This document shows positions 19,452-28,743 of a DNA stretch of 64,000 nucleotides, piece by piece. Position numbers and translations under genes: made by a program. Numbering within the stretch: position 1 is the first letter of the stretch; every line of letters starts with the position of its first letter. The notes under the pieces were generated by a model. That model was not told the origin of the DNA and did not search any database. It saw only the letters and a list, made by a program, of their open reading frames with translations. The DNA is from an uncultured virus (IMG/VR IMGVR_UViG_3300044987_000436) (Duplodnaviria > Heunggongvirae > Uroviricota > Caudoviricetes), in the IMG/VR virus record IMGVR_UViG_3300044987_000436. One strand, given 5' to 3'.

Positions 19452-19634
19452 TTACACGAACAGGTCGAGCTGCTTTTCGTCGCGGACAGGGTGTTCGTTG
19501 ATGGGCGCTATGCGGCAGAAGCGTGAGTACAGTTCAAACTGGAGGTCAGTAGGCAGACCCGCCATAGTCCACTGGTTGTCGCAAGCCAAGATCAGCTCGC
19601 GGTTGCTCAGGCTTGAAGGTTGTAGTGATGACAT
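19452..19634 (-). CDS. Hypothetical protein
   Basis: MSSLQPSSLSNREL...QLDLFV; coupled with neighbouring genes. Confidence 0.55.
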   Translation of the reverse strand: MSSLQPSSLSNRELILACDNQWTMAGLPTDLQFELYSRFCRIAPINEHPVRDEKQLDLFV

Positions 19635-19885
19635 ATTTTTCCCCATGCCTCGTCGGCAGAGCGTGAATCTTGAAGGAACTTGAGCAGCGTTTCAACGCGG
19701 TGCTCGTACGCAGGGAAGATGTCCCCGCCTGCGAACCAGTTGTATGCGGTCTGGCGTGTGACGCCTAGCGCTATTGAGATGCGAACGACAGAAAAGTTAT
19801 GGTGAACAGCCCAACGTCCGAGCTGATTGCCCGGAGTCTTTGGCGCACGCATAACCATGTCGATTGTTTTTTGTGAGTAAGCCAT
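19607..19885 (-). CDS. Helix-turn-helix DNA-binding protein (Cro/XRE-like)
   Basis: SVVRISIALGVTRQTAYNWFAG helix-turn-helix pattern. Confidence 0.75.
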   Translation of the reverse strand: MAYSQKTIDMVMRAPKTPGNQLGRWAVHHNFSVVRISIALGVTRQTAYNWFAGGDIFPAYEHRVETLLKFLQDSRSADEAWGKICHHYNLQA

Positions 19886-20020
19886 AGTGGTATTAAGAGC
19901 GCTGGGACACGCAGGGCAGGAAACGCAGTCATGGATGTGTAAGTCTGTATTTAACGACGCAATTTACAACCGCCGACCCATGCAATACAACCGCTGCCTG
20001 CGGCCCAGCGAAACTTTTAT

Positions 20021-20254
20021 TTACGGATTAACTGTACTCACAGATCCCGTCTTGCCGCGTGTCCACAGCATGAGGCTGATCCGTTTAGCTCCCGCCTTCA
20101 ACAGATCATCAACCGTGTAGACGGCGATGCCCTGCCTTGGGTAGCCGGGGCCGACAAAGAGACTGTCATTGCGGTAGTGTGGAAGATATGTCACACCATT
20201 AACTTGGTAGCCGTAGTTGTCCACGCGAGGCGCGGTGTCGTGTGTTGTTGTCAT
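20021..20254 (-). CDS. Hypothetical protein
   Basis: ORF with SD-like AAAGGAAA upstream, co-oriented with the operon. Confidence 0.55.
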   Translation of the reverse strand: MTTTHDTAPRVDNYGYQVNGVTYLPHYRNDSLFVGPGYPRQGIAVYTVDDLLKAGAKRISLMLWTRGKTGSVSTVNP

Positions 20255-20276
20255 TTTTTTCCTTTGATGTTAAGGG

Positions 20277-21251
20277 TTACTCGTCATCCCAGTCAGCGAC
20301 CACATCGGCCAGCGCTTTCTTGCCGGGCACAGCGGTTGGCTTTGCCGCCGCTGCCTTCTTCACGACTGGCTCTTCGTCTTCCTCGTCTGCCACTTCAACC
20401 ACGGGGGCTGGCTTGGCCTTGGCCTTTGGCTTCGGTGCGGGTGCTTCGTCTTCTTCCTCGACTTCTGGTGCTGGTGCAGCCTTGGCAGCGGGAGCCTTGC
20501 CCTTGAGTGCGTCCGCAGGCTTGCCCATGTCCATACCAGCGGCGTCCATCGTGATGGCCTTCTTGGCTTCGGCGGTGTCGCCCTGCTTGGTGGCTTCAGT
20601 GAACTCGTCATCGGTCAACCAGCGCATGGCTTTGAAGAACAACTTGGGGGACTCGCTGGCAGTGTCGAACTTCATACGGGTCACAACAGTGCTGGGGTCA
20701 ACGCCTTGGGCCACGAGCCAGCGAGCGTACGCTTGCAGTGGGCGGTTGTCGCCTTCTTCCTTGCCGAAGATCGAGGTGGCTGGCAGGGACAACTGCATCA
20801 CATCGCCTTCAATGTTGTTGGCCAGCGTCACGGCCAAGCGCTGCTGATAACGGCAGGCACGGCTATTGCCTTGACCGGAGCCCGCCACGTTCTGTGGGCA
20901 GGAGGCGCAGGTGTCGGACTGCTTGGCCTTGCTCTTCGGGTCAGGCTTGTCGCCGTCATTGGACTGGCAGTCAGGTGCGGTAGCGGTTGCGTCCTTGTCG
21001 TACTTGGCTGCGTAGAACACGCGGGCCACCTTCGGGGCGGCCTTGACGATCACCACATCGAGGAAGCGCTCATCGACTGCTGCGATTTCTTTGCCGTCAG
21101 AGATCAGACGGAACACACCGCCTTTGATCGACACGCGCTTACCGCTGGCACCAGCACCGCCACCCGCAAGGGCTTTGGCAATGTCAGACATCTCGGCCTT
21201 GCGTGCAAACGCTGGGACTTGGGAGGGGTTAAAAAGGGCTACGTTGCTCAT
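20277..21251 (-). CDS. Putative single-stranded DNA-binding/recombination protein
   Basis: KRVSIKGGVF N-terminus, CASCPQN...CRY Cys motif, flexible A/P/K/E tail ending acidic-aromatic WDDE; lies in the replication module. Confidence 0.65.
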   Translation of the reverse strand: MSNVALFNPSQVPAFARKAEMSDIAKALAGGGAGASGKRVSIKGGVFRLISDGKEIAAVDERFLDVVIVKAAPKVARVFYAAKYDKDATATAPDCQSNDGDKPDPKSKAKQSDTCASCPQNVAGSGQGNSRACRYQQRLAVTLANNIEGDVMQLSLPATSIFGKEEGDNRPLQAYARWLVAQGVDPSTVVTRMKFDTASESPKLFFKAMRWLTDDEFTEATKQGDTAEAKKAITMDAAGMDMGKPADALKGKAPAAKAAPAPEVEEEDEAPAPKPKAKAKPAPVVEVADEEDEEPVVKKAAAAKPTAVPGKKALADVVADWDDE

Positions 21252-21262
21252 GGGGTTCTTTC

Positions 21263-21667
21263 TTACTTGCTTGGTTTGCGAACGGAAATATCGTACTCAG
21301 CGTTGGAGTTGAGTCCGGGTGGCAGGGTGCCGGGGTTTTCTTCGAGGAACTGCTTCATGTTGCCCTGAGCAATTCGTTTCTCGAACAGATCGAGCGCGTC
21401 ATGCTGCGTCACAAAGGTCTTGAACGAATCCCAGTCCGATGTTGAGTAGCGTGTCTTGATCGACATGACAACTGTGCCTTGCGGCGTGTTGACGGATGTG
21501 ACACCAAGCGCTTGCATCTGGTCTTTCATTGCGTGCTTGATGTCGTCTTGCGTGGCCTTGAGCATCTCCACTTTCGTGTCGTACTCCTTGGTCAGCAGTT
21601 CGATTTCGCTGCGAATCTTTCGGTAGACCTTCGCCAGCTTGTCGAGGGGGATGACTGGTGTAGTCAT
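21263..21667 (-). CDS. Coiled-coil phage protein (Gam/gp157-like fold possible)
   Basis: Coiled-coil N-half, SVNTPQGTV, DWDSF, LPPGL; SD AGGAG before ATG at 21667. Confidence 0.55.
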   Translation of the reverse strand: MTTPVIPLDKLAKVYRKIRSEIELLTKEYDTKVEMLKATQDDIKHAMKDQMQALGVTSVNTPQGTVVMSIKTRYSTSDWDSFKTFVTQHDALDLFEKRIAQGNMKQFLEENPGTLPPGLNSNAEYDISVRKPSK

Positions 21668-21687
21668 GGGCTTCTCCTGTTGTTGTT

Positions 21688-21730
21688 TGTCTAAGGTTGG
21701 ACAGTGTACACACGTTCTGGTTCTTTGCAA
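21688..21730 (-). promoter_or_regulatory. Sigma70-like promoter TTGCAA-N16-TACACT with overlapping palindromic operator TGTCCAACCTTAGACA
   Basis: -35 at 21725-21730 and -10 at 21703-21708 on the minus strand; palindrome at 21688-21703 covers the predicted start site. Confidence 0.6.
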
Positions 21731-21735
21731 CTCCT

Positions 21736-23298
21736 TTATTTTTTAATTTCCATGTTGAACATTTCGGTCAAAAGTGAGTGGCTGCTCACATTACTTTGCA
21801 GTGCCTTGAACATCTTCTTCTCGATGGGACTGCCCTCGATGTGGATGACCGTCACCTTGTCAGAGTCCTGACCCTTCCTGTCAGCTCGTGCAATGCACTG
21901 AACGTACTGCTCAACAGACATCAACGGTCCGTAGAACACAACGGTGTCAGCAGCAGTTAGGGTAATCCCGTGTGCCGATGCTTGCGGTTGCATCACGAGG
22001 ACTCGCGGGTCGGCTTCCGTTTGGAAGCGCCTGATGATGTCCGCACGCTTGGTCGGTGTCACGCCGCCGTGGATGCACTCAGCGCTGATGCCCTTCTTGC
22101 GCAAGTGCGTATGCAGTGCGTCAATGCTGGAGCGGAACAGCGCAAAGATCAAAACCTTGCGGTCAGTCTCCTCAAGGATTTCTTCAATGACACTCATGCG
22201 GGGGCTGGCGTCAAACTCTACTACCTCATGGTCGTCCGTGTAGGCAGCGCCGCAACTGATCTGGAGCAGCTTGGACACGCTAGCTGCGGCATTGACCGCG
22301 CTGATTGTCTCCCCCGCCGCATGGATCATCATGCTGTCCTTGAGCAAGTTGTAGTACTTGGCCTGCTGCGGCGTGAGCGCTACCTCTCGCGTTACTGTGA
22401 CGACTGGCGGCAAGTCCAGACACTGCGCTTTGGTGAACCTGATGGCCGGTTGTAGCGCGTCATGCACTAGGTTCTTTGCGTCAGGCTTTGGTGCCCACTT
22501 GAACATGGTGATCTTGTTCATCACTTTGTCGCGCCATGCTGTGAAGAACTTCGGAACGCCCTCCGGGTTCACCAGCTTGGCCAAGCCATACGCATCGACC
22601 GGGGACTGTGACGCTGGAGTTCCCGTCATCATCCACAAAAAAGTCTGGGGCTTGATGATTGTTGATAGGGACTTCCACCGCTTGGTGCTCATGGTCTTGT
22701 ACGCATTGGCTTCATCAACGATAACCAGATCAAACTTGCCGTTGGCCACGATCTCACTGGCGATCAGGTTCAAGCCCTCGTAGTTGGTGATGACGATCTC
22801 GTAGTTCTTCTGAATCATCTCGATGCGACGCGATGCTTGCGGGTGGTGGGCAATGATGGCCGAGCGGTGGATGACGCTGTTGCTAATGTCTCCCATCCAC
22901 GCCGACTGCATGATCGACAACGGGCACAAGATAAGTACGCGCCGAATCTCTCCGCGTTTCATTAGGTAGTCCGCAGCCCACAGCGCACTGAGCGTCTTGC
23001 CTGTGCCGGGTTCACTGAACACGAAAGCCTTGCGGTTGAGCGTCAGGAACGATGCCGTTTCAATCTGGTGTTCCATCGGCGTGTAGCGTCCGGGCCAGTC
23101 GTACTTGCGTGTGATTGGCGATGGCAAGTTCTTGACGCCGAGGTTCTTGAGAACCCTGACTTCATCCAACCCCCAGAACACCGCTACCGAACTTGATCCG
23201 TCATCGTGCTCCTCAACTACCTTGCTTCTCGGAATTACCCGATATTTCTCAGGGCTGCGCGTACGCAAGAGCAGCGCCTTGTTGTCGATAATTTCCAT
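21736..23298 (-). CDS. SNF2/superfamily 2 DNA helicase
   Basis: EPGTGKT Walker A, IVDEA Walker B, MTGTP, HGITLTAA, QCIARADRKGQ motif VI. Confidence 0.92.
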   Translation of the reverse strand: MEIIDNKALLLRTRSPEKYRVIPRSKVVEEHDDGSSSVAVFWGLDEVRVLKNLGVKNLPSPITRKYDWPGRYTPMEHQIETASFLTLNRKAFVFSEPGTGKTLSALWAADYLMKRGEIRRVLILCPLSIMQSAWMGDISNSVIHRSAIIAHHPQASRRIEMIQKNYEIVITNYEGLNLIASEIVANGKFDLVIVDEANAYKTMSTKRWKSLSTIIKPQTFLWMMTGTPASQSPVDAYGLAKLVNPEGVPKFFTAWRDKVMNKITMFKWAPKPDAKNLVHDALQPAIRFTKAQCLDLPPVVTVTREVALTPQQAKYYNLLKDSMMIHAAGETISAVNAAASVSKLLQISCGAAYTDDHEVVEFDASPRMSVIEEILEETDRKVLIFALFRSSIDALHTHLRKKGISAECIHGGVTPTKRADIIRRFQTEADPRVLVMQPQASAHGITLTAADTVVFYGPLMSVEQYVQCIARADRKGQDSDKVTVIHIEGSPIEKKMFKALQSNVSSHSLLTEMFNMEIKK

Positions 23299-23313
23299 TG
23301 CTTCTCCATATTC

Positions 23314-23559
23314 TTATTTTGAGCTGGCGCGGTTCTTGGCAACGCTCTGCATTCGCAGGTTGCTCTTGGCCGATGTGCCGCCGCTCTTGAGTGGCTTGAT
23401 GTGGTCAACATCTTTGCCGTCACCCTTGGCTGCTTCACCCGTCTTCTCCATGATGCGCCGCGCTTTGACACGCTCCGCACGGTTGGCGATCTGGGCAGGC
23501 TTGCCGTGGAACTCGGTGTACTCTTTCTTGTAGTCGCGCTTGCTGGTTGGTTGTGCCAT
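23314..23559 (-). CDS. Small HNH endonuclease
   Basis: KDVDHIKPLKSGG...NLR...NR. Confidence 0.8.
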   Translation of the reverse strand: MAQPTSKRDYKKEYTEFHGKPAQIANRAERVKARRIMEKTGEAAKGDGKDVDHIKPLKSGGTSAKSNLRMQSVAKNRASSK

Positions 23560-23562
23560 GAT

Positions 23563-24231
23563 TTACCTCTTAGTGTTGAACTCGCAGCCAGTGCAGGGGC
23601 ACCAGCCGCAGAGCGGGGTTCGTGTGGGGTTCCACACATCGTTCGATACTGACGCCTCAATCTTAGCGACTCGCTCCCGATAACGCCACCACTCAGCATC
23701 GGCTTCGTCAACCGCCATGCTGTGCTTGACCATCGAGTTCTTGACCACGAACAAAAGCGCAGAGTTAACCTTGCGTACGTGCGGGAAGTGCTTGAACACC
23801 ATCAGGGACATCAGGCGTAGCTGGTCGCGGTCTGGGTACTTGTCGTTGCCCGTCTTATAGTCCACCACCCACGCTGTCATGTTCTCGTCGTCAATGATGA
23901 GCAAGTCGGCAATACCCCGCGCCCATGCATCCTTGGACTTCCAGTCGCATACCTGCAAGTCCTGCGTCAGCGCCATCTGAAGCTCCGCGATCTTGCGACC
24001 CGGCTTGGCGATCAGCGCATCGAGCGTGTCCTTGACGAACTCGAACTCAGGCGGTATGGGTGTGCCATCAGCCACGTAGTCTTCTGCGGCCTTGTGTAGT
24101 ACCGTTCCGTAGCGCGTTGCCTCAGTCTCAACGAAGGGGTAGTTCTTGAGAATCTTGACTTCGTGGTAGCGGCGGGCGCAGCCTTCGTAGTCCTTGAGGG
24201 AGCTGTGGCTCCACGTTACTTTCTTGGTCAT
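23563..24231 (-). CDS. PD-(D/E)xK exonuclease (Cas4/RecB-like)
   Basis: WSHSSL..Y..C, GTVLH, RGIADL, VVDYKTG, QL, C-terminal LCGWCP Cys cluster. Confidence 0.88.
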   Translation of the reverse strand: MTKKVTWSHSSLKDYEGCARRYHEVKILKNYPFVETEATRYGTVLHKAAEDYVADGTPIPPEFEFVKDTLDALIAKPGRKIAELQMALTQDLQVCDWKSKDAWARGIADLLIIDDENMTAWVVDYKTGNDKYPDRDQLRLMSLMVFKHFPHVRKVNSALLFVVKNSMVKHSMAVDEADAEWWRYRERVAKIEASVSNDVWNPTRTPLCGWCPCTGCEFNTKR

Positions 24232-24548
24232 TAAAAACTCGCTGAGTTGATGGCCTTGGTAAGCCGGTGTGCGAACTCGGTGACGAACTTCTCGTCGCGG
24301 TTCAGGGTGTGTCGCTCCATAGCGTGCAGGATGGCGTGGGTTACTTCGTGCCAGAACGTCTCTTGCACTTGCTCGGGTGCAAACTTCTTGCGGGTCACGT
24401 TGCTGCGCAGCCCCAGCTTGATCGTCTGCGCGGGGTAGTTTACGTACCCCATGCGTTTCTTCTCCAGCATGGCCTCCACGATCTCGACTGAGTACTGCTT
24501 ATTGCCAATGCGCATCTTGCGCGGTATCGGTGCTTTTACTGTTGCCAT
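24231..24548 (-). CDS. Small HExxH metalloprotease-like protein
   Basis: ETFWHEVTHAIL...DEKFV. Confidence 0.65.
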   Translation of the reverse strand: MATVKAPIPRKMRIGNKQYSVEIVEAMLEKKRMGYVNYPAQTIKLGLRSNVTRKKFAPEQVQETFWHEVTHAILHAMERHTLNRDEKFVTEFAHRLTKAINSASF

Positions 24549-24559
24549 CTACTTCTCCT

Positions 24560-26530
24560 TTAATTTTTAGCCAAGCCGTAACGCTTGTGTGCGCCCCCGT
24601 CAGCGGCCAGCGGTATGCCCGGCATGTACTTCGGCTCCATAGTCATCTGCGCCAAGACCCATGTCTTAGCGTCAACAACGTCCTTATCTGGCACAACGAC
24701 AATCTGCTCGTCATGCACTGTTCCCGCCACGAAGTACTTCTTCGCGGTTCGCAGCATCCCATCAGTCATCACGCATCTCGCTACGCCCTGCGTGACATTG
24801 TTGGTTATTTTTCCTGCGTACAGTTTAGTCTCATCTTCTCCGTATGTCCACTGCAATCTGCCCTTCTCGTCTTTCCCCGGCTTCAGGTCAGGGTACAGCA
24901 GGCTCATGCCAGAGGGCAGCACGATCTCCCCCTTCTTGAACGTCACGCACTTGTGGGTGTACTCCTTGCCTTCGTACAGGCTGTACTGGATCAGGTGCCC
25001 GAACAGGTTCCACAACGCCACCACAGGCTCGGCAGTCAGGCGGTACTTGTCGATGATGGCCTTGGCCGCGAGACAGTGGATGACCAACTCCGTCATGGTG
25101 CAGATGTGCGGAATCTCTTCGAGCTTCTTGATGTTGTCATCCCAGTCCAAGAACTTAGCCGCCGCTTCGGCAGTTACGCCTAGAGTTTTGGCCGCGTCTT
25201 TGGTATAGCGCACGGGCGGAGCACCCAGAAAACCGACCAATAGCTGCGCTGCAAACGCTGCCCAACCTAACTGGTACCCCGCACCAATAAGTGCGCTCTT
25301 GGCCGCTTGTCGCTCGACAGGATGCGTGTCCTTGGTCATTCCGGGTATGTTAAACATCCGTGCCCCGAACAAGGCGTAAGCGTCTTGCCCCGACCTAAAA
25401 ATGTCGAGCAGCCCATCGTAGTCAGCCAGCCACGCCAACACACGCGGCTCGATCTGGGACAAGTCACCGACAACAATGGTGTGCCCGTGCGGTGCCATGA
25501 TCGACTTGCGCAGGAACGAGCCGCGCTTTAAGTTCTGCATGTTGATGGCGCTGCCTTTGCTGGCCGTCCACCTGCCCGTGCTGGCCCCGTAGTAGCTGAG
25601 CGGTACCGGCAACGCTCCACGCTTGCTGATGTCGAGGAACCGTTGAGCACGCGTACGTTCTGTAGTTGATTTGACTGCCAGTCTTGCTTCGCATAGATGC
25701 GCAACGTCCTCATTTTCTCCGTTGAGCAGCGCTTGAAACATAGCGTCATTCTTAGCGAGAGCAAGCGTGCTCTTGCCGGTTGCCTTACTAATCTTGCGCG
25801 GCGCTGGTATGCCGAGCGCTTCCAATGCTGCTGCAAACTTAGGGTTCGATGCCAGTACAGCCTCGTCCAAGCCGAGCCGATGTAGTAGTTGCTCACGTTT
25901 TTCCTTTTCCGTGTGGAGTGCGTCCGTCAGCATGGCGCTGTCAAGACTGAGCACTGGGTTCGTGTACATCTTGAGCGTCATGTCGATGAGCCGGAGTTCC
26001 TTCGCTGGGTACCCTTGAACAAGGCGCTCGAAAATTCGCTCGCAAAGATATACGTCGTGTTTGCAATATTCTGCAAGCTCAAGTTCCATGTTCGCGTCCA
26101 GCTTGGCCAGACCATCGGTACTGTATACGGCGGTCCCTTTGGCGGGAAGACCAAAAGCTGCTGCAAGTCGGGCGAGACTGTTGCCAACCTCAACGCCACG
26201 CAAAGCTCGCGCCATTGACAGGGTGTCGAAGATGAAACAGGGGTGGATGTCGTACTCCCAACCCAGTATGGATACGTCGAACTGTGCGTTATGAGCAAGG
26301 ATAGCGGTTCGTCCCCAATCATACTGTTGAAGGTATTTATGTAGGTCTCGTCCTCGTACCCACTCAATTGGCTCATCGCTTCCGTATACATGTACGCAAG
26401 CTCCGAATGCGTGGAATCTTTCATGGCGTATGTACTCCTCGGTTGTCATCATGGACAGTGAGTAGCCGGTCTTGCGGTCCCACACTGTCTCGAAGTCAAT
26501 GCTCACGATCTGGTCGTAGGGGGCGCTCAT
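24560..26530 (-). CDS. polA: Family A DNA polymerase with 3'-5' exonuclease domain
   Basis: Exo motifs SIDFET, AHNAQFD, YCKHD; polymerase motif A DLSQIEPR, motif B RQAAKSALIGAGY, motif C VHDE. Confidence 0.93.
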   Translation of the reverse strand: MSAPYDQIVSIDFETVWDRKTGYSLSMMTTEEYIRHERFHAFGACVHVYGSDEPIEWVRGRDLHKYLQQYDWGRTAILAHNAQFDVSILGWEYDIHPCFIFDTLSMARALRGVEVGNSLARLAAAFGLPAKGTAVYSTDGLAKLDANMELELAEYCKHDVYLCERIFERLVQGYPAKELRLIDMTLKMYTNPVLSLDSAMLTDALHTEKEKREQLLHRLGLDEAVLASNPKFAAALEALGIPAPRKISKATGKSTLALAKNDAMFQALLNGENEDVAHLCEARLAVKSTTERTRAQRFLDISKRGALPVPLSYYGASTGRWTASKGSAINMQNLKRGSFLRKSIMAPHGHTIVVGDLSQIEPRVLAWLADYDGLLDIFRSGQDAYALFGARMFNIPGMTKDTHPVERQAAKSALIGAGYQLGWAAFAAQLLVGFLGAPPVRYTKDAAKTLGVTAEAAAKFLDWDDNIKKLEEIPHICTMTELVIHCLAAKAIIDKYRLTAEPVVALWNLFGHLIQYSLYEGKEYTHKCVTFKKGEIVLPSGMSLLYPDLKPGKDEKGRLQWTYGEDETKLYAGKITNNVTQGVARCVMTDGMLRTAKKYFVAGTVHDEQIVVVPDKDVVDAKTWVLAQMTMEPKYMPGIPLAADGGAHKRYGLAKN

Positions 26531-26760
26531 GCAGTACCCCACACCAAAGTTGTCTTGCGTTTGTCGGACTTTGGAAAGAACACCAGCGAGAAGACGGGGA
26601 AATCTACAAGCTCGTTGGGGTCTAGTCTCTCGCCGTTACAGATCACAGCGCCTTGTTGCAGCAGCCTTCGTAACTCGCCGTTGCTCATTTGCGTGCAGGG
26701 GGTTTCTGTGGACATTGGTAGTGCAGGGCGAAGCTGGTTCAGGTATTGCAGTGCGGTCAA
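26527..26760 (-). CDS. Small S4-like RNA-binding domain protein
   Basis: SNGELRRLLQQGAVICNGERL matches the S4 pattern SxxEARRLIxQGxVxxNG. Confidence 0.55.
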   Translation of the reverse strand: MTALQYLNQLRPALPMSTETPCTQMSNGELRRLLQQGAVICNGERLDPNELVDFPVFSLVFFPKSDKRKTTLVWGTA

Positions 26761-27035
26761 TTAAATTTCTCCTTGGCTGGCGCGTCCACTGTGGCCGTGA
26801 ACGATGTCAGGTTGTAGGCGTAGTTAATCATGTTGGCAGCAGGTATCTCGTCGCAGTTGACGGTACACATTGCGATCTGGGTTGTGCCGTCTTTGCCGAA
26901 CAGCAGCACCGCCTCATGGTCCTCGTCTATAAAGCAGCGCACCACGCGGCTGATGATTAGCTTGAGGTAGTCCCGCTCGGCATCGTCCAGCCCGTTGATT
27001 GCTTTGTCAATCTCTTCTCGTGTCATCTCATCCAT
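26757..27035 (-). CDS. Hypothetical protein
   Basis: Coupled ORF in the replication operon. Confidence 0.6.
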   Translation of the reverse strand: MDEMTREEIDKAINGLDDAERDYLKLIISRVVRCFIDEDHEAVLLFGKDGTTQIAMCTVNCDEIPAANMINYAYNLTSFTATVDAPAKEKFN

Positions 27036-27316
27036 TGCAGCTTCTCCTTTAACTCGTCTATGTTTGATTCGTTGACCACCATCGCCATACCACCGGCTGT
27101 GCGTATGGCGGCTAACTCTCTGTCTTGTAGGGCCGTGGTGACCCCCTTACCTGCCTTGCATTCGATGGCAATGAAGCGCCCCCCGAAGCAGCAGATGATG
27201 TCCGGTATCCCGGCACGCCCGAAGCCGTTGGCCGCAGGCATGAAGTAGTAGATACCGAACTCAGTCAGCAGCCTACGCACTTCGGCTTTTACTTTACCTT
27301 CGGGGGTTTGTGCCAT
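27023..27316 (-). CDS. VRR-NUC nuclease / putative Holliday junction resolvase
   Basis: TPEGKVK, GIPDII, FIAIECKA, TALQ. Confidence 0.88.
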   Translation of the reverse strand: MAQTPEGKVKAEVRRLLTEFGIYYFMPAANGFGRAGIPDIICCFGGRFIAIECKAGKGVTTALQDRELAAIRTAGGMAMVVNESNIDELKEKLQWMR

Positions 27317-27558
27317 TATTTTTCCTGCCTTTCGCGCACTTCAATAAGACCTGCTAACCCTTGGGTAACCAGCTCAATAGGCAGATTAGTTACGACCATG
27401 ATGCGTGCCATGCAGCTCATCAGTCCACTCATAGCAACGTGGGGCGGTTCATTTTTAATAACGTCAAAGATGGCGTTAATAAGCGCCCCGGTTTGCTCCA
27501 GTTGTTTATGCACCCGCCGGGTTTCCTCAATGTCTTGGTTAATCATACTATCCCCCAC
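27316..27558 (-). CDS. Hypothetical protein
   Basis: Coupled ORF; start position uncertain. Confidence 0.5.
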   Translation of the reverse strand: MGDSMINQDIEETRRVHKQLEQTGALINAIFDVIKNEPPHVAMSGLMSCMARIMVVTNLPIELVTQGLAGLIEVRERQEK

Positions 27559-27842
27559 TCAACAAACGTAACGCCTTTATGCTGCGCAAGGGTCAGATCG
27601 CTTTCTCCCCCGCAAAGTTCACAAAAGAAATTTATGCGTACGCCGCCTCGACGGCTGCTCGGATTTAACACAGTGTCGCTTGCTACCAGCGCTGTCTTGG
27701 TTTGGTAACCGGCCACTGTGGTGTGGAGCGTTTGTTCTGCGTCTTCGTAGCGTGTGTATACGTTGACATTGCCGTGGTGCAAGTAGTTTCCCTCGCAATG
27801 CGGGCACAGCAGCACGTTGTCTTCATCAATTTTGATTTCCAT
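27543..27842 (-). CDS. Zinc-ribbon protein
   Basis: CPHC...CELC...QHKG. Confidence 0.6.
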   Translation of the reverse strand: MEIKIDEDNVLLCPHCEGNYLHHGNVNVYTRYEDAEQTLHTTVAGYQTKTALVASDTVLNPSSRRGGVRINFFCELCGGESDLTLAQHKGVTFVEWGIV

Positions 27843-28057
27843 CAGCTCACCTCTTTAAGTTTCTGCATGTAGTGCTTGGCCTTGCCTGCGTCATCACTGC
27901 CTTCTTTGCGGCCAGCACGCATGGCGTACTTGATGATGTTGCCCTTGAGAAATCCTTGGAACTCCTCCGGGGTAAGCACCGCTTCCATCAGCGCCCACGG
28001 CTGGATGGGCATGTCCTTGTAGTGGCTACCGCTGACTTGTACTTCGTCGGCGTTCAT
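27842..28057 (-). CDS. DUF3310 (SaV-like / T7 gp1.7-like) protein
   Basis: QVSGSHYK...IQPW...GFLKGNIIKY..RAGRK...KAKHY. Confidence 0.85.
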   Translation of the reverse strand: MNADEVQVSGSHYKDMPIQPWALMEAVLTPEEFQGFLKGNIIKYAMRAGRKEGSDDAGKAKHYMQKLKEVS

Positions 28058-28380
28058 ATCTTCTTTCCTTTCGAGAGTTGTGCTTTGCTGTAAATGGTAA
28101 ATGCTTTGGGCTTCATGGCGACCACGGCTGCGGTCTTGCTGGAGATGCCGAGGGTTCCGTAGTGTGGGTCCGTCTCTCGCTTCTTCTCAACGGCTTTAGA
28201 CGCGGCCTCACTGCGCTTGTAGTCACCGGGCGGCAGCAGGGGCTTGCCACCACGGCGCTCTTTCTCTTCTTCGGTGAAGCGCATGTAGTCAAACGGACTG
28301 GCTGGGGGCTTGGGGGTGAGGTCTTTCAAAACAAAACATCCTTTGATGGGGTCATAACGGGACAGGCTGGCTAGTGTCAT
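28054..28380 (-). CDS. Hypothetical protein
   Basis: ORF coupled to neighbours by ATGA overlap. Confidence 0.55.
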   Translation of the reverse strand: MTLASLSRYDPIKGCFVLKDLTPKPPASPFDYMRFTEEEKERRGGKPLLPPGDYKRSEAASKAVEKKRETDPHYGTLGISSKTAAVVAMKPKAFTIYSKAQLSKGKKI

Positions 28381-28544
28381 TTCTTTCTCCTTTTTATTGC
28401 GCGATTAATTACTGAGTGGCTCACGTCGAATCTGCGGGCTATCTCTCTGGCGCTGACGCCTTGGTCATGCAATGCGTACACACGACTGATCGACAACTCT
28501 CTTGGCGGTCTGCCAGCGCCATTTCTCTTACCGCCGTGGGTCAT
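28377..28544 (-). CDS. Small HTH protein with AT-hook-like [10 protein letters not shown]
   Basis: [11 protein letters not shown] followed by GVSAREIARRFDVSHSVINR. Confidence 0.65.
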   Translation of the reverse strand: MTHGGKRNGAGRPPRELSISRVYALHDQGVSAREIARRFDVSHSVINRAIKRRKK

Positions 28545-28743
28545 GGGGTTCGGGTCGCTTCTTGGGTAGTGGGCACCAGTGGGTGTAAAAGGATACATCA
28601 CCACCAAGCGTTCCGTACTGAGCAACGCCACCTATTGACAGCAGTTGCAGCTTGACGCTACGCGGCGTGTCCTTGTCGATGGGTAGCCAGTAGGTGTCCG
28701 TTGCTACCGCCACGGTTTTCGTTGAGTTAAGTGTGTGCGTCAC
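28528..28743 (-). CDS. Hypothetical protein (DUF551-like W..I...THW.PLP)
   Basis: [10 protein letters not shown]...THWCPLP. Confidence 0.6.
   Translation of the reverse strand: MTHTLNSTKTVAVATDTYWLPIDKDTPRSVKLQLLSIGGVAQYGTLGGDVSFYTHWCPLPKKRPEPHDPRR

Noticed and set aside
24560..26530. Intein, intron or DnaJ-like insertion in the polymerase
   Set aside because: The ORF is continuous and of compact length, with no CxxCxGxG repeats or intein splice motifs visible
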